DNA from: Bugula neritina
Taxonomy: Eukaryota; Animalia; Bryozoa
Reading direction: 5' to 3'
Assembly: GCA_964035545.1 (NCBI GenBank)
Contig: OZ037766.1
Span: forward strand, 7,988,722 to 8,052,721
DNA: 64,000 bases
Shown here: positions 1 to 14,203 of the stretch, in pieces
Layout of the letters: each line of letters starts with the position of its first letter
Position numbering within the stretch: the first letter of the stretch is position 1
Program-made: the position numbers and the translations under genes
The notes under the pieces: model-generated
What the model was told of the DNA's origin: nothing
Database searches by the model: none
The model's input: only the letters and a program-made list of their open reading frames with translations

Positions 1-109
1 CACTCTCGGTTTCAATTACCCCAGAATGAACTACTGGTTCAATTTGTTTTAATTCTGAAGCGCAAGGTTCTTTGCTCTTCACTTTAGCACGTTTTCGATT
101 TCGTGTCAT
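1..109 (-). CDS. First coding exon of an uncharacterised gene running off the left edge (MTRNRKRAKVKSKEPCASELKQIEPVVHSGVIETES...)
   Basis: Open frame from ATG at 109-107 to the window edge. It is preceded on the minus strand by an acceptor-like ttttatgttgtaaag, and the N-terminus is basic and NLS-like. No family recognised. Confidence 0.5.
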   Translation of the reverse strand, partial: MTRNRKRAKVKSKEPCASELKQIEPVVHSGVIETES

Positions 110-713
110 TTTCTTTACAACATAAAATACAAATTTCAGACAATGACATAACCATGTAGGAAGTATATAAAAATGTTTTATATATATTATTGTAAACTTT
201 AAAAATTTTATTCAGAAAAAAATGTGTAATTGTACTTGGATGAGCAATGTAAAAAAATCCCACAGAGCAAAATGTATGCTTTATTAGAAATTCACAGTGC
301 TATATAACATTTACACTCCAGCTATATAGACATTAGGCATCAAAAAATGTGTATCTTAGGTCCTAACATACATTATTTTGATTGGAGTTATAACAATACA
401 AAATGAAGCTTGACATTGCCTGGCAGAAGACTTCACTGAATGTGGCATCAACTTTATCTCCACTATAATTGGTTCACAAGATATTAGTTATTACTGTTGG
501 TTCATATGTTATGTAAAATTAACTTTTAGGATTTAGCTCCAATATGCAATTGATCTGATATTGCAGACGCTAATAATTAACCCCTTTACTTCTGACTCAT
601 TTATTATTTAGATTATATGGAAATTTTGCCAATCACATGTGCCTGTACAATTTTTAAATGACTAAGTTGTCATTGAATCACCAACGTTCTTGATTTTCAC
701 AATCACTATTAGT

Positions 714-861
714 CAGGGTTGGGGTCAATTACATATGAATGCAATTAAATACAATTACAATTACATTTTTATACATCAATTACAAATTACATTCAATTAC
801 TTGCAAAAATGTAATTAATTACAACCAATTACAATTACAAATTACAATTACCCCAACCCTG
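714..861. mobile_element. hAT-type MITE / non-autonomous DNA transposon
   Basis: Perfect 12-bp TIR CAGGGTTGGGGT...ACCCCAACCCTG. 8-bp TSD CTATTAGT (706-713) / CTATCAGT (862-869) with one mismatch. The interior is made of tandem AATTAC units. Confidence 0.85.
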
Positions 862-904
862 CTATCAGTATGGCCATGAGTATGACATTGATAGTTGGAA
901 ATTG

Positions 905-1200
905 ATACTCGTACTATCATAATCATAATATTCATCATATAAGTATGAGTATCATACTAATACTAATACAATACTAATAGTAATACTATTAGTAATACTA
1001 ATAGCAATACAGTTATAGTGATGACATTCATAGTGATGTGATAGGCATACTCATACTGATAGTGTTAGTCTTACTCTAACTCTAAGGCTAGTCTAACTAG
1101 TAAAATAAGAGTAAGAGTAAGTATAACTCTTAGTCTTAGTCTAAGTCTTAGACTGGTAAGACCGTAAGTAGTGAGTCAGTCTCACTTAGAGTTAGTGTTA
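905..1200. repeat. Degenerate low-complexity TAA/TAC/TAG and TAAGAG/TTAGTC simple repeats
   Basis: Runs such as tactaatacaatactaatagtaatac and taagagtaagagtaagagtaag. Confidence 0.6.
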
Positions 1201-2379
1201 CACATTATATTACTAATTCGTAAATTAAACAAAATTTACACTGCAATACTAACATGTACACGGTTTATAAGTAATAACGTTCAAAATAAAATTAAACTGG
1301 ATAACTAGATTTCAAGTTTTTATTTTGCGCTAGTATCAGTATGGGGTAAACCCACTGCAAAATGTACAGCTTTTTTATGATGTGGGGGGAATCCCAGCGA
1401 GTCGCAAAGAGAAACGTAAAAGTTAACGAGCCTTGGATCTAGAACAACACATTTTTGCAATATTTTAGCAAACCATTTTGAACCAATAACTGTAATTTTT
1501 AATAGATCTCAGTTTATATTGTTGCAACATACGAAATTGTTGTTACAAATAACGTTAGAAGCAACATCAAGTTAGGGGTGACTGAGTACAAAAATTGATA
1601 TTATTGCCAAATTCACAACTATAAACTTGAAACTTTTGAACCAATGCACTCAACGGTTACAAATTTGATGCTGCTTTGAGCGATTTCTTTTTTGTTCGCC
1701 TCTACCGTTCGCCTGTTGCTTGCGAGACTAATGGAAATAATATAAGGATAGATAACTCTGTCAAATGCATATTTGGCTTACGGAGAATAATAAAATTAAT
1801 AAAACCACATTGCCAAAACCAGAAAAAAGGAGGAAAAATCAGGAAGCTGGTGATCAACCTACTATTGGAAAAGCTTTGGAGGGTATTATGATAAAATTCA
1901 AATACACAAGCATACTAGTTCATGAAAAAATTTTGCTCAACGTGTAGGGTTGTCACGGCAAAACCTCAATTGCATAATTCAAGTAACAAAATCACCATTA
2001 AACTCAGAATTGAATTGTTGTTAAAAAAGCTGTTTACAAAATTAAGTATCTGCATTACCAGGTACTATTTTTGTCATTTCCTTGACTCTAGTTAATCTTA
2101 CATGCAAATTATGCTATCACAACAACTATGTAAAACAACAACAAAAAATAATTAAACAACTGTATATTTTAGCACTACAAAACAAAAATCAATATATATT
2201 GTATATAGCTTTTTTTATTATAAAGCTCAAAAGTTTTATAATTTTTTTTATATAGGTATTACAAACATAAAAAACTAATCAGCCAATAACAGCATCAGGA
2301 ATAATAAAACTTTCTATATAATGGTGCAAGCAGTAAAATGAGAAGTGTATAATATTTGGTGTAGCTGTAGTTTTTGCAT

Positions 2380-5300
2380 TTACACCCATCTAAATTTACT
2401 GCTATGACTTCTAATTTCTTCCTGCAAAAGAGGTTTAACCATTGTCCCTGATATATCTGTACACGGGGTGTGCATTAGTCTCAGTAGGAAGCTTCTCCTA
2501 AATCACAGAAAATTATGAAACAAAGTTTGATCACAATTAGTAATAAATATTATAAATTATTGAAATAAATAAACTAGGATCAAGACAAAATTTTATTCAC
2601 ATACCCAACCATAGTAAATTAGTAATAAACTAGTTGCGTGCACCCAATAAGGTGTAGAAAACTCTTGAATGTGTGTGAACTCTTTTGGTTAAGTACATTT
2701 AATGTCATACTTTATCAACAAACATTTTGCTGCTTCACTAACACTGCGAATTATTTTTTTTCACAACTTGAAGCAAATAGGTATTGATGTAGTAATAACA
2801 AGGCAAGCAGGCAGATAAGATTAGATGCAGAATGTTTCATTAAAGTACAATCATAATACCTGTATTCTTGTTGTTTCACAGGATCTTTGAGAAACTCCAT
2901 CATGGATGGTATATCTGTGATGACAAACTGTCTAGCAAGACTCTCAGTACAACTGTGTGTATGGCAAGTTGAAATCAGGTCATGATTTGTCTTTTCCCAT
3001 ATCTTCTTCCGTCCTATACATATTTTGTTTTTATTTAGATCAATGATGTGTGCTTTAAATGCTCTGCATAAATTCCCAATTATTCTTATGAGGGCATTGT
3101 CACTTGTTAGTGCGTAGAACATTATAGTAGCTATACACCAACTGCATGCTTTGAATATATATTTTCTTATGCTGATTAAATAAAGTATGTAGTAAACGAG
3201 TTACATGCACCGTATGGCCCGGCAAACTAACTTGTTATTGCTTGCAACTGCAGCAGATGAAAACATACAAGTATAATGATGCAAATTCTTTTAGTTGCTA
3301 GCTTGAAAGCAGTCATTACATAAATGTTTGCAAATATCATGTAACATTATTAGATGGTTCAATTGATGATAACGCTGATATAATGAATAATGATATGATC
3401 CCCGTTAATATAATTGCACATATAACTTATACAGTGGAATGCATGAATACTTTCAGAAAAGAATTATTACATTTTTGATTACATCACAGGTTCTACTCTC
3501 AGAAACAAATTCCACAAACTTCTCACCTGACTTTGTTTTAGCTTTCACAGTTTTGACATAGTTTTGAGCCTGCAATTAATAATTAGCAAATGTTACAGTA
3601 ATCAGCATAAACTTATTTGATATAACACATTTAAATGAAATATTATTATTATACTTTTTTATAATAAAATTTGTAAACTATAATATATTTTGATCATGAA
3701 CTAATAAACAAATAAAATTGCCAATATTAAACTATTTCTCTAATATACATGCATGTTTGTTCTAGTCATATTCTAACACACAAACCATTATTTTTCTAAC
3801 ACGATATCCTTTAAAACAAGCTTGTATTTTGGTAGCTGCTTCATCAACTTCTTCTAATGTATGTTCTGTCAATAAAGTGGCTAGTGACAGTGCAGAATTT
3901 TTGTCTTCATTTGCCATTTCATTATGAACTAAAATAACAATATTATACTGCTGTTCAATGAAAATAAAATGACTACATTATACAATAATATATGACCAAT
4001 GCAACACTACGGAGCAAAGGGGTTTCTTTTCTGGTTTATTATTTGATTTAGATCGGAGGGTTAACTGTTGTATTTATCAAGCAGGCAGTAGCTTTCTTTA
4101 TCGAAAATATTTCCTTAAATTAAGGACTTGGGAAAATACTGCTTTTATACACTAGACTCTAGAGTACAGAGCCTCAGTTAGAAAATCTTATAACACCAAT
4201 TATAATAACATATCATCAAAAGGTTTACTCAATATATTAAAGTTCCAATTATAATTCAAAAAAGTGTACCAACCCTTAGGTAGGCTTCCTACTTTATTCT
4301 TGAATCTAGATTTAAGAAATGAGGATTTCTGCTCTGGCCTTTGCTTGTGTGAATTGACATCTTGGTTAACATTAACCGAGGTTCTCCGCAACAAATTACA
4401 TCGTCGTTTCTCTGATGTGGCCTCCTTTGTAATTAAGTTTTTTATCCGTCAGTTATGGATTTCAAGTACAATGTAAATTGATAACAAATTTTACAAATAA
4501 CAAAGAAAAAGAAAAAAATTATTCTATACTGAAGACATGAGTTTTACATATTGATAGAAGCAATGTAATTTATTTAAAAAGTAACATATTATATTATGAC
4601 TGTTTAGGGTAATATGGTAATATTATAGTAATAAGTGATAAAATTCATCACTCACTGCAATAGCCTTTCTTTTGCCTAAAATTTTAGGTATGTGGTTGTT
4701 TATATCTGTACGAAGAACTTTGATCATTTCCTGGTGATTAGAATATAACATATCTCTGTAACGATTCAGCTCTTTCAAATTGTGGCAAATGACATCACCT
4801 TCTTTTGTGATGAACCCACGCTTCTCAAGGACACGGCGTTTTGTCGGGTGATTGAAAAATATTTTCAGATGAGGATCTAATAGATTGTTATAGGCCAGAG
4901 GTGGGGACTGAGTTGTCCTGAGATCAAAATCAAGCTGTGGAGAATAGTACTGAAAAACAGCAATAGCCAAGATTTAATAAAAATGTTAACACGCATATAC
5001 AATGCAGCATGTGTTTGATTTTATTGTGAGCTTGGGTGGTCGTTATAAAGAAAACATGGAAAGCCATCAATGGGGATATTAAAATATATGTCTTTTTATT
5101 AGGCTAAAATCTAACAATAAAATATAATTTATAGAAATAAAAAAAATTTACATGTGCGCACTGACAAAAGTATACATGTTTTGCAATTATACTCACATAA
5201 AGAACAGCAGAAATTATTATAAAATTATGGTTGCTGTTTCGAAAACCTACCGGCTCGCCAATTTTAGAAGTTGTCACAACTATGGGTTTTGTGGAGCCTC

Positions 5301-5675
5301 TAAGCTGTCTCGGTACTTTCTCTAAGCGATGAAGTTGCTGAGCAGCATAAAATGGCACAGCTACAAGCAAAATCCCATCATAAACTATTTTTTCATCAGT
5401 TATAGAAAAACATTATATGCGTTAAATTATGAACTTGCATTATAATGCCATCATGTCTAATAATATAATAATGTTTAATATACTGAATATTACTTGTACT
5501 TACAATCCTATGACATACAAAATAAGGTTTTTAACTCACAACGAACTGCAGTACCATCTTTTTTTACTGGTGGATTTACCAATCCTAGTCTCTCCCATTC
5601 ACGGTTATACCTGCTAGGCAAATCTTTCATCCATACACGTTTGTAACGGGAAGTCTCGGGGTAAAAATGAGTCAT
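2380..5675 (-). CDS. FSIP2 (fibrous sheath-interacting protein 2) N-terminal-domain protein with IQ calmodulin-binding motif
   Basis: Phase-consistent exons 5675-5540, 5360-5251, 4949-4656, 4424-4274, 3928-3786, 3569-3527, an unresolved segment (~3250-3085), then to 2860, an optional exon ~2743-2711, and 2497-2380 (TAA). The peptide TTSKIGEPYYSPQLDFDLRT...YNNLLDPHLKIFFNHPTKRRVLEKRGFITKEGDVICHNLKELNRYRDML matches my recollection of the FSIP2 N-terminus (SLHDPHLK...LKKGGYIT...VVCTLRELNKYRQYL). IQ motif AATKIQACFKGYRVRK at 3839-3792. AATAAA at 2219-2214. The 3' exons are less certain. Confidence 0.7.
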
Positions 5676-7069
5676 AATGATTAGTTTTGAGCAGCTAGCA
5701 TGCAATTTGTATTACACAGTCAAAGCCAGTGCCGGCCTAGCATGGCTGCATTTTCCTATGCAAATCATGATGACATCACTTCAAAATATGGCTTCCAAAT
5801 TAATTATTCCTTAAGCTTTCATTATTCAAGAATTTTGTTATAGATTAACCAACGATCAAATTATAGAACAGAATTTCACTAAAAACTTACTTATGTGAAT
5901 GCACTGCTCTGCAAAAAATTATGCTTTTTAACACAATTAAAACCACTTTGAGCCTATTGCTGTTAATTGCCATGTTAATTTTAAAGCAAATCTCTCTATA
6001 GGGTCTCGCTTTCAGCTAAAAGCAAAAAACCTACCTTACTTTTTTTAAGTTTCCAGCTCTGTAAAAACCCCTGATCATATAAGAGTTGTTTTTAACTGAA
6101 AATGGAGAAGCCTTGCCTAAATACAATATAATTTATTGAACATTCTATCTACTTCTGAAGTTTTCCTAACACTAGGTTCATGAAGTTGTTGACCCTTTAG
6201 TAAAGCTATACAATAATCATATGTAGCTTTTGAAACACTACAAACTCATAGGGTTGGTAGATTAAAAAATATAACCACATGCATACTTCTTCGTGACCTG
6301 CTTCACTTTTTGTGAACTATAATAATCACATGCCTACTAAAAAAATATACTAATTGCATTAGCACCAAAATAATTTTAATTAAAGCATGTGAGTTTATCT
6401 ACTATTAACATCATCTAATTATAAATTGAAGCTGATGAAATCTTTTAAACTTTTAATTCAACAGTCAATTGATATCACTTCTATTTCCAAGTCTTTTGTT
6501 GGATTATGCAATATAACAAAAATGGTATTAAAATGTTAGGAGTAACATATTTTACAATTCAAATTGATTTCCTTTTCAGTCAATGGAATAAACATGTAAA
6601 TTTAAAAACAAAAAAATATTGTTATCGACTATTAGAGAAACCACTGCCATGGGTCACATTTGTTATTTCTTAATGCTTTTTTGCATTCTACATTACAGCC
6701 AGTGATAAATATTACATTATAATACGATTTCCAGGACATCAGTTACACTATACAAAATTTAAAAGCATAATAGATCAATTGACCAGCCAGATGCACTTTT
6801 TATTATATCAAGAGATTATTCACCAGAAACCAACTTGAAAGCAAAGATACAATTGTATACATGTATGTACACGTTTTGTACAGCAGGTGGGCATGAAATA
6901 CCATGCCAGTTGAGAAATACGGAATATAATTATTCATTGTTGTGTACATTCTGCTTTGGCCAAGGCCAATTTTACACCCAGTTGGTAGCATGCATCTTGA
7001 ACTAGCCAGCTAACATTAGGTAGGTTGTAGGAGAGGAAAGAGGTATACATATGTATTATGTTTACTATT

Positions 7070-7075
7070 TTTATT
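7070..7075 (-). terminator. Polyadenylation signal of Hsc70
   Basis: AATAAA on the minus strand about 150 nt downstream of the stop codon. Confidence 0.5.
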
Positions 7076-7223
7076 GAGTTTTTAAACTGCATTGTAAAGG
7101 TTAATCTAACAAAATACAAGCAAATACTGGTGTTACATTGCAAGACAACAAAAAGCAGTTAATATTGACATTAATATTCAATAAATCATTATTGTTTAGC
7201 AGGCAATTACATGTTCTGTGCAA

Positions 7224-10158
<2,935 letters not shown>

Positions 10159-10609
10159 CTTTATGACTGTCTACAAAAATGAACAGATAATATTGTAAAT
10201 AACATTTAAAAATGCATATTGAATATTGAAATAATTTTATTTACATTTACTTACAGTCATTTCGATTATCCGATTATAACTGCATGTTATTGTTTATGTA
10301 TAGCAAAACAAGGTTATATTAATATTAAATCTACTAGTACCAACAGTAAAAGTATTACTATTTATATTACTATAAGTACAACCCTTTAATCAATATTAAA
10401 CTTAGTTTGTAGAATAAAAATTTGTAAATATTGGTCAGCAAATTGAATTTGATGTTACTTAACATACTCATAGTGATACTTTTTCATTTTGACTCCAACT
10501 TTTAGGCATACAATAACAATACTATTATTATTATATAGTTGCACAGTTATAACACTGCTAATGCCTAGTGGTTACACATATGAAAGAATAAATAAAAGAA
10601 CAAACTCAC

Positions 10610-10693
10610 CTAATGGTTAATAATTCAGATGGAACTAGGAGAAACCCTTCGAAGCTACCACCGCCTGCTAAATGAATGGACCAAAAGAAAGAA
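10610..10693 (-). promoter_or_regulatory. Hsc70 non-coding first exon with TCT/5'TOP-like initiator
   Basis: Donor AG|GTGAGT at 10609 and acceptor ttttgtag at 10171, 12 nt upstream of the ATG. The pyrimidine tract TTCTTTCTTTT (10693-10683) fits YC+1TYTYY. Confidence 0.6.
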
Positions 10694-10738
10694 CTAGATC
10701 AACGATAGGCGGGAATGAATCACGCCAACGTCATTTCC

Positions 10739-10753
10739 TGTCCAGAACATTCT
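10739..10753. promoter_or_regulatory. Heat shock element (HSF site) upstream of Hsc70
   Basis: tGTCcaGAAcaTTCt: three alternating nGAAn units, two perfect and one with a mismatch, about 50-60 nt upstream of the putative TSS. Confidence 0.65.
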
Positions 10754-11974
10754 AATGATCCAAAAACAATTATTACGCAGTGATAGAAATAACCATTAAA
10801 CTATAACCTCTATAGTTTTATTTCAATGAAATAACCAATGAACTAGAAAATATTATTTCCCTTTGACTATTTCTAGCTCAAAGGAAATAACATTACTAAT
10901 AACAAATAGGTTGTAAAAAACTTCTATCAAACGGTAGAGTTATCCTCACCCCGCTAAAATGAGACAAATCCACAGTTACAACCATTGAAATATAACCTTT
11001 AAAAACAATCATAAGCAACTCACAAAGGCTAACTAAAAATGAATGACAAAATAAGTCCCTAAACCTTTCGAAAACACAATATAAATGTCAAATAGAGTAT
11101 GAAGAAACACGCAAAATCAGAATATAATAGTAAAAAAGAAGGAAAGCAAGACTATTAACATCTTTATATAAAATATCAATCAAAGGGTAATAAATATATG
11201 CATGTAAAAATCAAAGAAGTGAGTTAGGAGAAATATTGTTTATTTACAGCCTGCATCAAATGAATAATAATTTATTAGCTACAAAACTCTATTTAAATGT
11301 AATACATGAAATATGTAGTAAAACTTGGCTACTTTATATGCCTCTAAACATTTAATTTAGCCAACTGTGAGGAATATTAATATTGAGCTAGTTGTAAAAC
11401 TTCGTTCACCACATTTTCCATTTTAATACTGTGTTTGTAGTGAACGACGACTAAAAGTAAGTTAGAAGTTTATTATTGCTAAATTTTATCCATGCTCAGC
11501 AATCGATAAAGTAGATGACATTTTACTGGCTGTATTAGTGTAAGCTATTTGTTTTGCAATATTTCAGCAATTATGGCATTACAGAAAATAGTATTAAATT
11601 ATTATTTCGCAAATAAAAAAGAGTAACTCAAATTGGTTAGTGATTTATATGATTACATGACTATTTATGTGAGGCCTACATGCTAGTGTAGGCTATACAC
11701 CGCACTATACACTACATTGCTGCAGTGTATAATTGCAAAATTTTGGTCTATAGGAAATATTACAGCTACTACAATGTTAAGCATTTACTTATTTGATATG
11801 TTGGTCTGAGTTTTATTAAGTCTTGTTATCACATTTTTCAAGATTTAAATTCGTGAACTAACTCACAGAACAAATTACTTTCTCTGCTGCTAGACGCAGT
11901 GGGGTAGATATTATACCACTCTGGTTAGATGCTATTATTAGGCTCTCTTCCAAGATAATATTATTATAGTACAA

Positions 11975-12108
11975 ACAAAGCACGTGGGCAGAATTTACGC
12001 TGGTTTAAAGGTCAGCACGCCCTAATATTTTTAATATATTTAGCCAATCGCTGCGTAATATGAAGCTATATTGTTTGTAATTGGTGGGCTGCGATAACAC
12101 GCGTGAGT
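11975..12108 (+). promoter_or_regulatory. Putative promoter and 5' exon of the plus-strand uncharacterised gene
   Basis: CpG-rich patch with E-box CACGTG (11981), CCAAT (12044) and donor-like GTGAGT at 12103. Confidence 0.4.
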
Positions 12109-12434
12109 ATAGTTATTAAGTAGTCTGATAACAATATCGCAGTTAAAGTATGCAGACAAAGATTGTCAAGTAAAGTTATATGGCGTTACTTTGTCTAGAC
12201 GCGTGAGCTTATAAATGTCGTAGAATAATCTTGTTATTGTCCAGCCGTATCATTACGATTGTATTTTACTACATGTTGAGCTGGATAATTATTCATTATC
12301 ACCTTAATGAGCTTAAAGACGTTACCATGCATATCTAGAGTTTTACTTTCAAAAGATTTAACGTATTGAATTACTGATGTAAGTCTTTTAATACAAAGCA
12401 ATAATTAAATAACTTCTGCTTAAAATAACTCTTA

Positions 12435-12528
12435 AGGCTAATACTAATACTAATAGTAATACTAATACTAAGTCTAATAGTAATACTAATAGTAATAGAA
12501 TAATTATTAATACTAATAGTAATAACAA
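12435..12528. repeat. (TAA/TAC/TAG)n low-complexity repeat
   Basis: ctaatactaatactaatagtaatactaatacta...; it produces the spurious Leu-rich ORF 12388-12615. Confidence 0.7.
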
Positions 12529-14203
12529 GGAAAAGTTGAAGTTCAGTGGACTTTTTAGTTTGGCTTTGCTTTTACAATTGACTTTAAATTTAACTGTTAA
12601 GATAATCATCTTCAACTTGACTTCTCATTGAGTCATTCGCATTCTGATTCTGTTATTTCAATAATAAAATTTAATGTACCTATAATTTCAATGATACTTT
12701 ATTCATTAATTATAAATATTTCAAAGTCTTAGAAATTACCAAATTTCACTTGAAATAGACCAATCACTAGTAGTTATAAGATAACTAGAAGCATAACTAT
12801 AACTGAATCAATGAAAGCGTAATACTAATACTAATAGTAATACAATAGAACAAGATATAATATTAATTACACTACTAATAATAATACCAACAGCAGTAAT
12901 AACAATAATAGTAAAGTAATTTTGTAATCATTTTAGTTCTACTATAATTTTAATTATACTTTTATACTAACAGCTATTACTAATATTAAGTCTATCAAGT
13001 AACTAAATTTAAATTTCAACAGTCATAATAACAATATCAATATGGATATAAATAATGTATTTATATTATTCTAAAACCTATAGTTGTAATAATTATATGA
13101 AGATCCATTATTAAGCTACTCGAAATAAAAATACTATTAGCATCCATAAATAATAAAGGCTTTAATATCAGTGGTAATAAAATTAAATAATATTTACATA
13201 AAATCCAATTCTGCATAAAAACTTTTCCTTTGTTTTCAAACTAAAGTTTTAAAAAGTTCAATTTTTATTTCACCTGTTGAAATACTAGATATACCACATA
13301 ATCTGCAAATTTGTGTTACACATAAATTTACAATTAGTTTAGGCTCAAGAGGGCGTTCAGGCATTTTGCACTTCTTTAAATTTGAAAAAAAAACCTTGAA
13401 AGTGAGATAGTGCAGTCTATGTTGTAAAAAAGACCCATACCCGGACCATGCATTCTAACTAGCTTCGAGAATTTGCATAGCACATGTCCTTCCAGGGTAT
13501 AACATAATTTATTTATTGCAACCCCCACTGTTATTGAAAATACATTCCAAATTTTAAGCTTTCCGGTAATGCAGAAATGCTTGGTAGCAAATTATACTTT
13601 TAAAAAAGCTAAGGGGGCATTTCCTTGTGCTAAAAGCTAGCGTTCTTGATAATTTTAATTTTAATATTATATGTTTAATTTTAGCTAGTATGCTACTCAT
13701 ACTGTGTTAGGCTTAGCTTTAAACAATTAAGTTTTAAGCCCAAGCATAGGCTGTAGATAATAAAACTCAGTGCAGAGAAGGGTTTTTGGTGTAACTGCAG
13801 TTTCAAATTTATAGCTAAGCTCTTCAAGGCTCGGATCTAGTGGTTTTGATATGTAGAGTAGACAACTTTCTATTATGCATCCGTCAACTGAAACTAGTGC
13901 TATGCAAGACAGATAAATATTGTACTACTCAGCTACTGGTTTATGATTGGCATTGAACTATGCAAACAGTTATAAAACACAAAAAAATGCAACCTGCTTT
14001 TCCTTCATAGCAAACAATATCATTAATATCATTTATTATCTTTTGCATTTCAGCATTGGTCTAATAGTTATGGTTACTGGTAATTGAATCAAAATAATTA
14101 TAATTTAATATGTTGCAGCGTAGAGGTGATGAGAAGTTACATTGCTGACATTAATTTAACATTGAGATGTAATTTTAGGACTTATTGAACATTGATTGGT
14201 ACA

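Noticed and set aside
1949-1962. RFX X-box-like GTTGTCACGGCAAA
   Set aside because: Imperfect second half-site and uncertain TSS; a similar half match at 12321 is also too weak
12388-12615. Leu/Val-rich membrane-like ORF (also 42975-43256)
   Set aside because: Translation of TAA/TAG/TAC simple repeats
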